Shown here piece by piece: positions 1-9,494 of a stretch of DNA of 32,619 nucleotides; position 1 is the stretch's first letter; each line of letters opens with the position of its first letter. The position numbers and the translations under genes were made by a program. Under the pieces are notes generated by a model, which was not told where the DNA came from, did no database searches, and worked only from the letters and a program-made list of their open reading frames with translations. The DNA is from a bacterium (GTDB lineage Bacteria; Electryoneota; Electryoneia; Electryoneales; Electryoneaceae): positions 1 to 32,619 of the forward strand of contig JAZDLX010000003.1 in assembly GCA_043801585.1 (NCBI GenBank), in the 5' to 3' direction.

Positions 1-181
1 GAAGCTGCTCGCGAAAGAGCCGGAACGCCCCCTTGATCTGAAAAACGATTGGGACCGCATCTCACGCCTCGCCCAGGTCGAGAAACAGGAACAGGTGTAC
101 AACCGTTGGGTCGAGGATCTGAAGAAAAACGTCTACATCGAGGTCTATTCGGATTCCACGGAAGACATTCAGGGCGAGTAA
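1..181 (+). CDS. 3' end (partial) of a SurA/PpiC-type peptidyl-prolyl isomerase chaperone
   Basis: Frame from base 2 reads KLLAKEPERPLDLKNDWDRISRLAQVEKQEQVYNRWVEDLKKNVYIEVY...GE* (TAA 179-181). The W-x-x-x-L-K-K-x-x-Y-I-E ending is typical of SurA-family C-termini. Confidence 0.7.
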   Translation, partial: KLLAKEPERPLDLKNDWDRISRLAQVEKQEQVYNRWVEDLKKNVYIEVYSDSTEDIQGE

Positions 182-202
182 CCTTTCTCAATTAAGCAGA
201 GT

Positions 203-236
203 AAAGCCCGGTGGACTGACGCACATCGGGCTTTTT
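203..236 (+). terminator. Intrinsic terminator
   Basis: AAAGCCCGGTG...CATCGGGCTTTTT stem-loop plus T tract, between convergent genes. Confidence 0.7.
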
Positions 237-274
237 GTTATCTCTGTCTAACAGCTTGCAGTCACTTTCATTTT

Positions 275-343
275 GAAACCCAATCAGTCTGTTGACTGAT
301 CGGGCCACCCTCCGAAACCCGACCCTGAAGGGTCGGGCCACCC
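275..343. repeat. Two tandem REP-like hairpins, GAAACCC-stem-loop-stem-GGGCCACCC (275-310, 314-343)
   Basis: GAAACCC AATCAGTC TGTT GACTGATC GGGCCACCC and GAAACCC GACCC TGAA GGGTC GGGCCACCC. The same flanks recur four times at 24500-24875. Confidence 0.85.
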
Positions 344-373
344 TCCCTGTTCTCATCTGACTGATCGGCTAGT

Positions 374-3079
374 CTACCCCTTCAGCATTTGGCGCAGGAC
401 GGTGTGCAGGATGCCGCCGTTGCGGTAATACTCAACCTCGACCGCACTGTCGAGGCGGGCGGTCAGCGCCACGGTGCAAACCTTGCCGTCCTCACCCACG
501 ATCTCGAGGGTGACATCCTGCCCGGGTTTCAGGTCATCGCTGAGGCCGCGCAGGTTGTAGGTCTCTTCACCGGTGATCCCGAGGCTGGAGAAATTGTCGT
601 TGCCTTTGAAGATCAGCGGCAGGATGCCCATGCCGACGAGGTTGCTGCGGTGGATGCGCTCGAAGCTTTGGGCGATCACCGCCTTGACGCCGAGCATGTA
701 GGTCCCCTTGGCCGCCCAGTCGCGGCTCGAACCGGTGCCGTATTCCTTCCCGGCGAAGATCACCAGCGGAGTCCCCTCTTCCCTGTACTTCATCGCGGTA
801 TCGAAGACGGTCATCTGTTCGCCGTCCGGGAGGTGGCGGGTGACGCCGCCCTCGGTTCCCGGCGCGAGCTGGTTTTTCAGCCGGATGTTGGCGAAAGTCC
901 CGCGCACCATGACGCGGTCATTGCCCCGGCGGCTGCCGTAGCTGTTGAACTGCAACGGCTCGACCCCATGGTCCATCAGGTATTTCGCCGCCGGAGAGGT
1001 TCGGGCGATGGAACCTGCGGGGCTGATGTGGTCAGTGGTCACCGAATCGCCGAGCAGCGCGAGGCAGCGTGCGCCGACTACCTCGCCGACCGGAGCCGGA
1101 TCGGGACTCATCTCGACGAAGAACGGCGGCTCCTGGATATACGTGGACGTTTCATCCCAGTCGTAGAGCGCGCTGTCCTTGGCCTTGATCGCGTTCCACT
1201 GTTCGTTGCCATCCCAGACGTTGCCGTACTGCTCGCGGTACATCGAGGGATCGAGGAAGTCGTGGATGGCCTGTTTGATCTCCGCCTGGGTCGGCCAGAT
1301 ATCCCTGAGGAAAACGGGGCCTTTTGCGCCATCGCCGAGGGGTTCCGACTCGAAATCGATGTCCACGCGCCCGGCGAGGGCGTAGGCGACGACCAGCGGC
1401 GGGCTGGCAAGGTAGTTGGCGCGGGTGTAGGGGTTGATACGGCCTTCGAAGTTGCGGTTGCCGGAGAGCACCGCAGCGGCGACCAGGTCCCCCTCCTCGA
1501 CTGCGGCGACAACCTCTTCCGGCAGCGGACCGCTGTTGCCAATGCAGGTGGTGCAGCCGTAGCCGACGACGTGGAAGTTGAGTTTTTCCAGCGAGGCGAG
1601 CAACCCGGCTTTTTTCAGGTATTCCGTGACAACGGTGGAGCCGGGAGCGAGCGACGTTTTGACGAATGGTTTGACGTCGAGACCCGCGGCGACTGCCTTT
1701 TTCGCGAGCAGTCCCGCGGCGATCAGCACCGACGGGTTCGAGGTGTTGGTGCAGGAGGTGATCGCGGCAATCACCACGCTGCCGTGCTTCAACACCGCCT
1801 GGCCGCCGTTCTTCTTCCACGTTCCCCTGGCATCCAGTTTGTCGGCAGGAAGCTCGAATCCACGCTGTTTGATCGGGCGTGACAGGGCGTCGTGGAAGTC
1901 TTTCTTCATTGCCGAGAGCGCGACACGGTCCTGCGGGCGTTTCGGTCCGGCAAGCGCAGGTTCGACCGTTCCAAGATCGAGTTCGAGGATGTCGGAATAC
2001 TCCGCCTCGCTCTCCTGACGCCAGAGGTGGTTCTCCTTGCAATAGGCCTCGACACGGACGACTTCATCTTCGGAGCGTCCCGTGAAGCGGAGGTAGCGGA
2101 GAGTCTCGTTGTCCACCGGGAAGAAACCGATGGTTGCTCCGTATTCGGGGGACATGTTCGAGATCGTCGCACGATCGGGGAGCGTGAGTTTTTCGGCGCC
2201 GGGACCGAAGAACTCGACGAACTTTTCGACAACACCGTATTGGCGAAGCATTTCGGTGACGCGGAGCACCAGGTCGGTCGCGGTGGCACCTTCGGGAAGC
2301 TCGCCCTTGAGCCGGACTCCAATCACCTGCGGCGGGAGCATGTAGATCGGCTGACCGAGCATCACCGCTTCCGCCTCGATGCCGCCGACACCCCAGCCGA
2401 CCACACCGAGTCCGTTGATCATCGTCGTGTGGCTGTCCGTGCCGACAAGAGTATCCGGCAGCAGCACGGTTTCGTTGCCGATCTCGTAGCGCTGGACCAC
2501 CTTGGCGAGGAATTCCAGGTTCACCTGGTGGACGATCCCTGTCGCGGGCGGTACCGCGCGGAAATTCTTGAACGCTTTCGAACCCCAGCGGAGGAACTCA
2601 TACCGCTCACGGTTGCGCTCGAACTCCTTCTCCGAATTGATCTGGAGGGCCTGCGAACTGCCAAAGGCATCCACCTGCACGGAGTGGTCAATCACAAGGT
2701 CCACTGGAACATGGGGATTGATCCTCGTGGGATCGCCGCCCAACCGGTGCATGGCCGAGCGCAAAGCGGCGAGGTCCACCACCGCCGGGACACCGGTAAA
2801 GTCCTGCAGGATCACCCGCGCCGGTTTGAAAGGAAACTCCTGTTGGCCGGGTGATTCAGCGTTCCAACCCACCAAGCGGCGGACATGATCCTCCGTCACA
2901 ACATCGTTATCGATATTTCGCAGAACTGCTTCAAGCAGGATGCGAATGGAATATGGCAAGCGACCGATCCGGCCAAGACCCTGTTTTTCGAGCGCCGAGA
3001 GATCATAGATCACAGCCTTGCCCTCAGCGGTTTTCAACCGTTTTCTTGAGCCAAATGGGTCTTTTCCGGAAGACGCCAT
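374..3079 (-). CDS. acnA: Aconitate hydratase A
   Basis: 901 aa. Motifs [48 protein letters not shown] (Fe-S cysteines) and [13 protein letters not shown]. Confidence 0.98.
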   Translation of the reverse strand: MASSGKDPFGSRKRLKTAEGKAVIYDLSALEKQGLGRIGRLPYSIRILLEAVLRNIDNDVVTEDHVRRLVGWNAESPGQQEFPFKPARVILQDFTGVPAVVDLAALRSAMHRLGGDPTRINPHVPVDLVIDHSVQVDAFGSSQALQINSEKEFERNRERYEFLRWGSKAFKNFRAVPPATGIVHQVNLEFLAKVVQRYEIGNETVLLPDTLVGTDSHTTMINGLGVVGWGVGGIEAEAVMLGQPIYMLPPQVIGVRLKGELPEGATATDLVLRVTEMLRQYGVVEKFVEFFGPGAEKLTLPDRATISNMSPEYGATIGFFPVDNETLRYLRFTGRSEDEVVRVEAYCKENHLWRQESEAEYSDILELDLGTVEPALAGPKRPQDRVALSAMKKDFHDALSRPIKQRGFELPADKLDARGTWKKNGGQAVLKHGSVVIAAITSCTNTSNPSVLIAAGLLAKKAVAAGLDVKPFVKTSLAPGSTVVTEYLKKAGLLASLEKLNFHVVGYGCTTCIGNSGPLPEEVVAAVEEGDLVAAAVLSGNRNFEGRINPYTRANYLASPPLVVAYALAGRVDIDFESEPLGDGAKGPVFLRDIWPTQAEIKQAIHDFLDPSMYREQYGNVWDGNEQWNAIKAKDSALYDWDETSTYIQEPPFFVEMSPDPAPVGEVVGARCLALLGDSVTTDHISPAGSIARTSPAAKYLMDHGVEPLQFNSYGSRRGNDRVMVRGTFANIRLKNQLAPGTEGGVTRHLPDGEQMTVFDTAMKYREEGTPLVIFAGKEYGTGSSRDWAAKGTYMLGVKAVIAQSFERIHRSNLVGMGILPLIFKGNDNFSSLGITGEETYNLRGLSDDLKPGQDVTLEIVGEDGKVCTVALTARLDSAVEVEYYRNGGILHTVLRQMLKG

Positions 3080-3268
3080 GATTGCCCCCTTCGCGTGAAA
3101 GCTTGAAATATCTCTTGAACCGACAACGTGTTACCGAATATCTTCGGGAATTGAAAGATACGTGCGGGCCTTCACCGTGACAAGGTGGTACCGGGTTCCT
3201 TCCCTCTCCTTCCCGGTTCACTTGGCGTTGTTCCCGGTGATCGGGCCTCGGGTAGCGCGGAGCGCTTC

Positions 3269-4081
3269 ATGAACGTTATCAGCTTTCTTGGCGTTGTCTT
3301 TGGTGTCCTCCTGATCGGAGGGGCTATTTGGATTGGAATCAATGACATCAGCATTCTGACAATCAATGCCGCCTGGGGAATCTTTGTCAACATTCCCTCG
3401 ATCATGATCGTGCTTGGCGGCAGCCTGGCCTCGACCATGATCGCCTACCAGACAAACACCCTGGGGGTGGTGGTTCGAAGCATCATGATCGTTTTGACAC
3501 GCCCGGCGCCGGATTTTGCCGGCCAGAAGCGCGCCATCATCGTCCTCGCCGCCCGCGCCGCACAGGGCAGCCTGGAACTCGAACGTGCCGTGAAGAGCAT
3601 CAAGAACCCGTTCCTTCGAGACGGCATCCAGATGCTGGCTGACAACTACTCCGTGGAAGAAATCCAGGACATCCTGGGGCAACGGATTGAGTTCCGTCTT
3701 CGCAAGGAATACGCCGACTCCGAGGTGATGCGGATGATCGGCAAGTTCTCCCCGGCTTTCGGGATGCTCGGAACCCTGATCGGTCTCGTCAACATGCTCG
3801 CCGGGCTCAGCCTTGCGGGCGACGCCACTGCTTCAATCGGTTCGGATATGGCGGTTGCACTGGTGACCACGTTCTATGGACTGATCCTCGCTTACATGGT
3901 TTTCATTCCGCTCGCTGTCAAACTGGAAAAACGCACCGATGACGAGATTCAACTGATGCGCATGATCTCGGATTCGATTCGCATGATCCGCGAGCAGTGG
4001 CACCCGCGCAAGGTCGAAGACTACCTGAACAGCTACCTGCCACCCTCACAGCGGCGCAGGCTGAAGCGTCTTCCGATGTAA
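3269..4081 (+). CDS. motA: MotA/PomA-family stator ion-channel subunit
   Basis: TM segments, PAFGMLGTLIGLVNML and MAVALVTTFYG motifs. Start chosen at ATG 3269, after GGAG. Confidence 0.88.
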   Translation: MNVISFLGVVFGVLLIGGAIWIGINDISILTINAAWGIFVNIPSIMIVLGGSLASTMIAYQTNTLGVVVRSIMIVLTRPAPDFAGQKRAIIVLAARAAQGSLELERAVKSIKNPFLRDGIQMLADNYSVEEIQDILGQRIEFRLRKEYADSEVMRMIGKFSPAFGMLGTLIGLVNMLAGLSLAGDATASIGSDMAVALVTTFYGLILAYMVFIPLAVKLEKRTDDEIQLMRMISDSIRMIREQWHPRKVEDYLNSYLPPSQRRRLKRLPM

Positions 4082-4093
4082 CCGGAGCAACCA

Positions 4094-4819
4094 ATGGGTA
4101 AAGGCAAAGTTTGGGATCCTCACCAGAAAAGCGAATCGGGAGCCGGACCGGAGGACGAAGACAGTTGGATGACCAGTTACGGCGACATGATGACGCTGTT
4201 GCTGGTATTCTTCGTCCTGATCGCGGCGATGTCCACCATCGACCCTGTGCGGATGCAGCAGGTCACACAGCAGATGCGCGAGGCGATGTCCGGCGAAGAT
4301 ATCAAGGTTCCCACACTGAAAGAAATCGAAGACCAGCTCGAAGAATCCATTGAACAGTTGAACCTTGAAAATCAGGTTGCGGTGCAACGTGACAAGGACG
4401 GTGTTCAGTTGGTCATGAGGGGGGAATCGTTCTTCGCATCCGGCAGCTCCCAATTGCTTCCACAGACCTATCCGTTCCTCAACGAAGTTGCCTGGCAGAT
4501 TGCGAAGAATCCTTACATGATCAGCGTGGAGGGACACACCGACAATATTCCGATTCGCACTGCCCAATTCCCCAGCAACTGGGAGCTCTCCGGCGCTCGC
4601 GCGGCGGCGGTCGTCCGCTACTTCGAACAGCGCTCTATTCCGCGAGACCGGATGCGGATCATCGGCTGGTCGGACGCGAAGCCGGTGGATCCTTCGGTCG
4701 GCAACTCCACCCCCCAGGCGCGCGCCCAGAACCGCCGGGTGGTGATTACTTTCCTCAATGAATTCGTAGATAAGAATATTGACAGTGAGTGGGTCCGTTC
4801 GAGCCGATCACAACGATAG
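4094..4819 (+). CDS. motB: MotB/PomB-family stator subunit with OmpA-like peptidoglycan-binding domain
   Basis: WMTSYGDMMTLLLVFFVL TM helix with the conserved Asp; VEGHTDNIPI, SNWELSGARA and NRRV motifs. Confidence 0.9.
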   Translation: MGKGKVWDPHQKSESGAGPEDEDSWMTSYGDMMTLLLVFFVLIAAMSTIDPVRMQQVTQQMREAMSGEDIKVPTLKEIEDQLEESIEQLNLENQVAVQRDKDGVQLVMRGESFFASGSSQLLPQTYPFLNEVAWQIAKNPYMISVEGHTDNIPIRTAQFPSNWELSGARAAAVVRYFEQRSIPRDRMRIIGWSDAKPVDPSVGNSTPQARAQNRRVVITFLNEFVDKNIDSEWVRSSRSQR

Positions 4820-4865
4820 TGCTTAATAACTCCCGCCACGATTGATGTTTTCCGAGCGAGCGTAA

Positions 4866-5876
4866 TCAGGATTCGATCTTTCGGCCAGCCAGATAACCGT
4901 GGTCGATGAACCAGGCGAGCGTTCTGCGGATGACGTCATCGATGGACGCCGCGGTGGGATTGTAATCAAATTCACGCGCCGCAACCTCACTTGAGATGAA
5001 GCATCCAAAGCGGGCAAAATCGATTCCAACCACCGGGAGCAGCGGCGCCTTACTCCGCAACAGCTTGCCAATCACTTCCGTTTTCCAAGCGAAAGGCAAC
5101 ACCACCTGGGGGGGCAGCGCAAATCTGGGGGGAGGAACTTCAGCGATACGGGCGACCCGGGCAAGAAATCCCTCGATGGTCACATTCTCACCGCCCAGGA
5201 CATAGAGTCCACCCGAACGCCCTCGTGCCAGCGCTTCCACCACTCCCCACGCCACGGAATGAACGTCCACGGCGTTCATGCGCCCTCGCAGCGCAACAGG
5301 CAACCGGCCGCGAGCAACGTCGAGGACCACTCTCCCGGTCGTCGGTTTCCGGTCTCCCTCCCCGAAAACCCCGGTGGGCGCAACGACGACGGAATTGAAT
5401 CGTGACGCCTGGCTGAAAACCTCATCCTGCATCGCACGTTTGATCGATGAATAGGTGCTGCGATACCGTTCTGATGGAAACGGAGCGTTTTCGTCCTCGG
5501 GCCGGCCGTCCTCGTAGCGGCCGACAGCCGACATTGAGGAAACGTAAAGAAAACGGCGGACATTCCGGCGTGCGAGCGCCTTGTGGATCCGGCCGATCTG
5601 TTTCAAGCCCAGATGTACCTGTTTGCTCTTGTCGAACGACCAGATCGGATAGTACCCGGCGGCATGGACAAGGGCATCCGCACCCTCCAGAGCATCCTCG
5701 AGCATTCCACTACGATCCAGATCGCCCTCGACAATCCGTACATCCACACCACGAAGCAGTGACCGGTCGGACGTTGGACGGGCAAGGACGCTGACCTGCT
5801 CCCCGCGCTTCAGGAGTTGGTGGACGATGTGATGCCCGATGAAACCGGTGCCGCCGAGAACGAGGACGCGCCCCAT
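4866..5876 (-). CDS. NAD-dependent epimerase/dehydratase (extended SDR, dihydroflavonol reductase/HpnA-like)
   Basis: GGTGFIG Rossmann motif, YSSIK (YxxxK) and GDRKPTTG. Confidence 0.85.
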   Translation of the reverse strand: MGRVLVLGGTGFIGHHIVHQLLKRGEQVSVLARPTSDRSLLRGVDVRIVEGDLDRSGMLEDALEGADALVHAAGYYPIWSFDKSKQVHLGLKQIGRIHKALARRNVRRFLYVSSMSAVGRYEDGRPEDENAPFPSERYRSTYSSIKRAMQDEVFSQASRFNSVVVAPTGVFGEGDRKPTTGRVVLDVARGRLPVALRGRMNAVDVHSVAWGVVEALARGRSGGLYVLGGENVTIEGFLARVARIAEVPPPRFALPPQVVLPFAWKTEVIGKLLRSKAPLLPVVGIDFARFGCFISSEVAAREFDYNPTAASIDDVIRRTLAWFIDHGYLAGRKIES

Positions 5877-5878
5877 CT

Positions 5879-7234
5879 TCAGTTCCCCGGACTTTCGACA
5901 GCGTCAATCGCCTCGGACAATGTCAAAATCCGCTGCTCGGATTCCGCCAGGTCCTTCAGACTTACTCGAAGATTCTCCGGATCGGCGGCTTCATCCGGAC
6001 CAACAACGGCAACATAGGGAATTCCCAATTTATCAGCGTATGAAAGGGATTTTTTAAGTTTTCCGGCCATTGGATACAGTTCACAAGGTATCCCGGCAAG
6101 GCGAAACTCCCGAACCACACGGAGCGCCGCGGAAACCTCTTCGTCACTGTACGCTGTCACCAGCACTCTGGTTACCGTGGCGGAATCCGTAGAAATCATG
6201 CCAAGCTGTTCCATCGCCGCGAAGATGCGGTCAAGTCCGATGGTCGTTCCCGTGGCGGGGAGGTCTCTGCTGCCGTAGAGGCCGATCAGCTTGTCATAAC
6301 GCCCCCCTCCCGTCAGGCTGCCGATGTGCGGATGATCTGGAAGGATCGTTTCAAAAACCACACCCGTGTAATAATCGAGACCGCGAGCGAGGTATGGGCT
6401 GAAATGGACAGCGTTTTCCGGAACCTCGAGCACCTTCAGCTGAGCGAGAATCCCCTCCAGGGCGTCCAGACCCATTTTCGCAGTTTTGTCTTCGGCAAAG
6501 GTCTCATGAAGGGTCTGGAGTTTCTCCTCGTTTGAACCGCTCACGTGGAGGATCTGCTGGAGTTGGGCGAAACCGGCCTTGTCCACACCGATCTTTCCAA
6601 GTTCCTCGCGGACACCGCCTTCCCCGATTTTGTCCAACTTGTCCAGGGTGCGGGTGAACGGGACTATCTGGGCGTCGGGCAAGCCCGAACTCCGGCAGAA
6701 CCCTTCGAGCAGTTTCCTGTGATTCAACTGGACCACAGCCCGCCTGTCCCCTTCGATGAATCCGAGCCGGGTGATCATTTCGACGGTCAGCGCGATGATT
6801 TCCGCATCGGCAACTCCCTCCTCCGCTCCGATGGTATCCACGTCACACTGGTAGAATTCCCGGAACCGCCCCTGGCGAATCTGCGGCTGGTCGGCTCGCC
6901 AAACCGGTTGGATCTGATACCGCTTGAACGGCATCGGCCATTCCGGATGAGAGGCGACGACTCTGGCGAGTGGGACTGTGAGATCATAACGGAGAGCGAC
7001 CCGATCCGAGAAACGATTGTTCTTGTAATCCAGCTTGTATACCAGTTTCTCGCTTTCGTCACCGTACTTGCCGGTGAGTACTTCCAGCATTTCAAGCGCC
7101 GGAGTTTCCATCGGGCTGAAACCGTAAAGTCGGAACACACCCTTGATCGTCTCGATGACGGTCTCGCGCGGAATCATTTCACTGGGTGTAAAGTCGCGTG
7201 TCCCCTTGAAACTGCGTGGAGCGATTTTCGCCAT
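5879..7234 (-). CDS. hisS: Histidyl-tRNA synthetase
   Basis: KGTRDF, LRYDLTVP, GRFREFYQCDVD, LARGLDYYTG and GGGRYD motifs. Start taken at MAKIAPR (ATG 7234). Confidence 0.97.
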   Translation of the reverse strand: MAKIAPRSFKGTRDFTPSEMIPRETVIETIKGVFRLYGFSPMETPALEMLEVLTGKYGDESEKLVYKLDYKNNRFSDRVALRYDLTVPLARVVASHPEWPMPFKRYQIQPVWRADQPQIRQGRFREFYQCDVDTIGAEEGVADAEIIALTVEMITRLGFIEGDRRAVVQLNHRKLLEGFCRSSGLPDAQIVPFTRTLDKLDKIGEGGVREELGKIGVDKAGFAQLQQILHVSGSNEEKLQTLHETFAEDKTAKMGLDALEGILAQLKVLEVPENAVHFSPYLARGLDYYTGVVFETILPDHPHIGSLTGGGRYDKLIGLYGSRDLPATGTTIGLDRIFAAMEQLGMISTDSATVTRVLVTAYSDEEVSAALRVVREFRLAGIPCELYPMAGKLKKSLSYADKLGIPYVAVVGPDEAADPENLRVSLKDLAESEQRILTLSEAIDAVESPGN

Positions 7235-7411
7235 TTGCTGCCTTTCTTCAATCGTTCGGCATGGAAGGTAGCCCCGGTGGAGGTCACGGTCAAGAAGGTC
7301 TTGATCGAAGGTGGTTCGCATGTCTATGCTTCAGGTGTTTGCCATTCCTAACATCACTCCTGATAATGGCACGTTCGCGGACAGTTTTTACCGACATCGA
7401 GAGGTCACAAG

Positions 7412-8099
7412 ATGAGCGACGCTGCACGTATCCTGATCGAAATCGATTCCCGAATCCGGAACCGTGGAATGCTGGATCACCCGTTTTACCGAGCCTGGAC
7501 ACGTGGCGAATTGAGCCTCGAATCACTCAAGGACTACGCTTCGCAGTATGCGAAACACGTTGACGCATTTCCCCGCTACCTCTCTTCGCTGCATTCGCAC
7601 ACCGTCGATCCGGCAACCCCACCGGAATCTCCTTGACAACCTGCGCGACGAAGAGGCGGGTTCACCAAACCACCCCGAACTTTGGATGCAGTTCGCAGAG
7701 GGTCTGGGAATCTCACCTACTGACATCCAGAAGACGGTCACGCGGCCGGAAACACAGGCGCTGATCGATCACTTCTTGAGCACCTGCCGAAAAGGCTCAG
7801 TGGCAGCGGGATTGGTGGCTCTCTATGCCTACGAAAGTCAGATTCCCGCTGTTTCACGGAGTAAGATCGACGGTCTGATCGCTCACTACGGAATCACGGA
7901 CGAGCAGGTGTACCGTTATTTCACCGTTCATGAGGAAGCTGACATCGAACACTCCAGGGTCGAGCGCGAGCTTCTGACATCCTGCGTGAGTCTCGAAAAC
8001 GAATCTGAAGTATTGGAAGTTGTTGATCTTACAATTGATCGTTTGTACGCTCTGCTCGATGGTGTCTGCGAGCGCCATGGCATCTCCAGAGCCGCCTGA
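7412..8099 (+). pseudogene. CADD (CT610)-family heme-oxygenase-like dimetal oxidase, putative self-sacrificing pABA synthase; one +1 frameshift near 7617-7620 (pseudogene or sequencing error)
   Basis: ORF 7412-7636 gives MLDHPFYRAWTRGEL...HVDAFPRYLS. ORF 7548-8099 gives NLLDNLRDEEAG..NHPELW, LYAYESQIP and YFTVHEEADIEH. Removing one C from ACCCCA joins them as DPATHRNLLDNL. Confidence 0.85.
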
Positions 8100-8241
8100 C
8101 AGGCTCCCGGGGCTCTGCAACTTCCATGCGGTTGCCTGCATCCAAGGGGTAGGTTAGCAATGTCCGTGAATCAACTTTTCCAGATTCAAAACCGAAGATG
8201 ATGCGACACGCCTCATCTCTGAAGATAAAAAGGAGTGATGG

Positions 8242-8571
8242 ATGAGTGAAAAGCCGTTCGCTGTGACAGACGATAGTTTCGACAACGATGTTCTCGGTGC
8301 GAATTTGCCGATTCTGGTGGATTTCTGGGCTCCCTGGTGCGCCCCTTGCCGCATGGTTGCGCCAGCTGTCGAAGAGCTGGCCGAGGAATATTCCGGCAAG
8401 GTCAAATTCGCCAAGATGAACACGGACGAGAATCCGATGAAAGCCGGTTTGCTGGGAATTCGTGGCATCCCCACGTTAATCCTGTTCAACGGTGGCGAGG
8501 AAGCGGATCGTGTCGTCGGCGCCGTTCCGAAAGGCGTTCTGAACGACATGCTGCAGAAGGTTGTGGGCTGA
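8242..8571 (+). CDS. trxA: Thioredoxin
   Basis: 109 aa, VDFWAPWCAPC and IRGIPTL motifs, AGGAG RBS. Confidence 0.95.
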   Translation: MSEKPFAVTDDSFDNDVLGANLPILVDFWAPWCAPCRMVAPAVEELAEEYSGKVKFAKMNTDENPMKAGLLGIRGIPTLILFNGGEEADRVVGAVPKGVLNDMLQKVVG

Positions 8572-8598
8572 CGTTTACCACCTGCACCTATCCCTTGG

Positions 8599-8634
8599 AA
8601 CCTCCGAGGTCCGCTGGACCTACGGAGGTTTTTT
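8599..8634 (+). terminator. Intrinsic terminator after trxA
   Basis: AACCTCCG-AGGTCC GCT GGACCT-ACGGAGGTT followed by TTTT. Confidence 0.75.
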
Positions 8635-8713
8635 GGGGTCTCCGGGGACCGCACCATTCGACGAGTCTTGCCACGAACACCTTTGATCGGCATCTTTCTG
8701 TACCGATTCACCC

Positions 8714-9373
8714 ATGAATACCGAAAACCAGGAGATGCTGTTGATGACCGTGACTGAAGCCATCGATGCCCGCCGATCAGTACACTCCTATGACCCCACG
8801 CGCAAAGTAACCATGGAACAGCTTCGCGAACTGATCGAACTTTCAGCAAAAGCACCTTCGTCGTTCAATCTGAACCACTGGCGTTTCATTGTCGTCCGCA
8901 GCACTGAGGGGAAGAAGAAACTCCACGAGGCGTCGCTGAACCAGAAGCACATCCTCGATTCTTCCGCCGTGCTTGTCGTTCTCGGAAAGATCGACGCCCA
9001 CCTCGATGTGGACAGGTTTATTCCCGACTGGATCGAAAAAGGGTACTACCCGGACGATAAACACCTTCGCGGTGTGTCAGAACAGTTTTACGGAAAGAAC
9101 CCCGTGGTCCAGAGGGATGAAGCGATCCGTTCAACGTCGATCATGACGGGCATCATGATGCTCGCGGCAGTCGAACGTGGCCTTTCCACAGCGCCGATCA
9201 TCGGCTTCCGCCCGAAGCAAGTGATGGAGGCGTTCGACATTCCTGAGAATTACGTCCCGGTGATGCTGCTGACGGTCGGCTACGAAAAGAATCCGATGCC
9301 GGAACGTGTAAAGCGGCTTCCTTTCGAGGAGATTACCTTCGACGAAACCTTCGACGTATCCTTCGAGGGGTAG
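8714..9373 (+). CDS. Nitroreductase-family flavoprotein
   Basis: RRSVHSY, APSSFNLNHWRF, QRDEAIRS and PIIGF motifs. Exact start uncertain. Confidence 0.9.
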   Translation: MNTENQEMLLMTVTEAIDARRSVHSYDPTRKVTMEQLRELIELSAKAPSSFNLNHWRFIVVRSTEGKKKLHEASLNQKHILDSSAVLVVLGKIDAHLDVDRFIPDWIEKGYYPDDKHLRGVSEQFYGKNPVVQRDEAIRSTSIMTGIMMLAAVERGLSTAPIIGFRPKQVMEAFDIPENYVPVMLLTVGYEKNPMPERVKRLPFEEITFDETFDVSFEG

Positions 9374-9409
9374 ATTCCCTTACGAATCGTCTGGCTGGAA
9401 CCCGGAGCT

Positions 9410-9445
9410 GCGCCCTGTCCCTGATGGACGGGGCGTTGTACTTTT
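9410..9445 (+). terminator. Stem-loop, possibly a terminator or REP-like hairpin
   Basis: GCGCCCTGTCC CTGAT GGACGGGGCGT followed by TGTACTTTT. Confidence 0.45.
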
Positions 9446-9494
9446 GAGACCGTTCACAGAGACTGCAACGACCACTACGCTACGGTATCGTGCG

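Noticed and set aside
389..1882. 497-aa plus-strand ORF, and the 320-aa ORF at 1892-2854
   Set aside because: Antisense shadows of acnA, expected in GC-rich coding DNA; no recognisable motifs.
3269..4819. Zorya (ZorA/ZorB) anti-phage system
   Set aside because: MotA is about 270 aa with no long cytoplasmic tail, and there are no zorC/D/E-like neighbours.
7235..7411. N-terminal extension of HisS, or a riboswitch/T-box in the divergent region
   Set aside because: Family similarity starts at MAKIAPRSFKGTRD. Only a short GCCATT/AATGGC stem is visible and I recognise no RNA motif.
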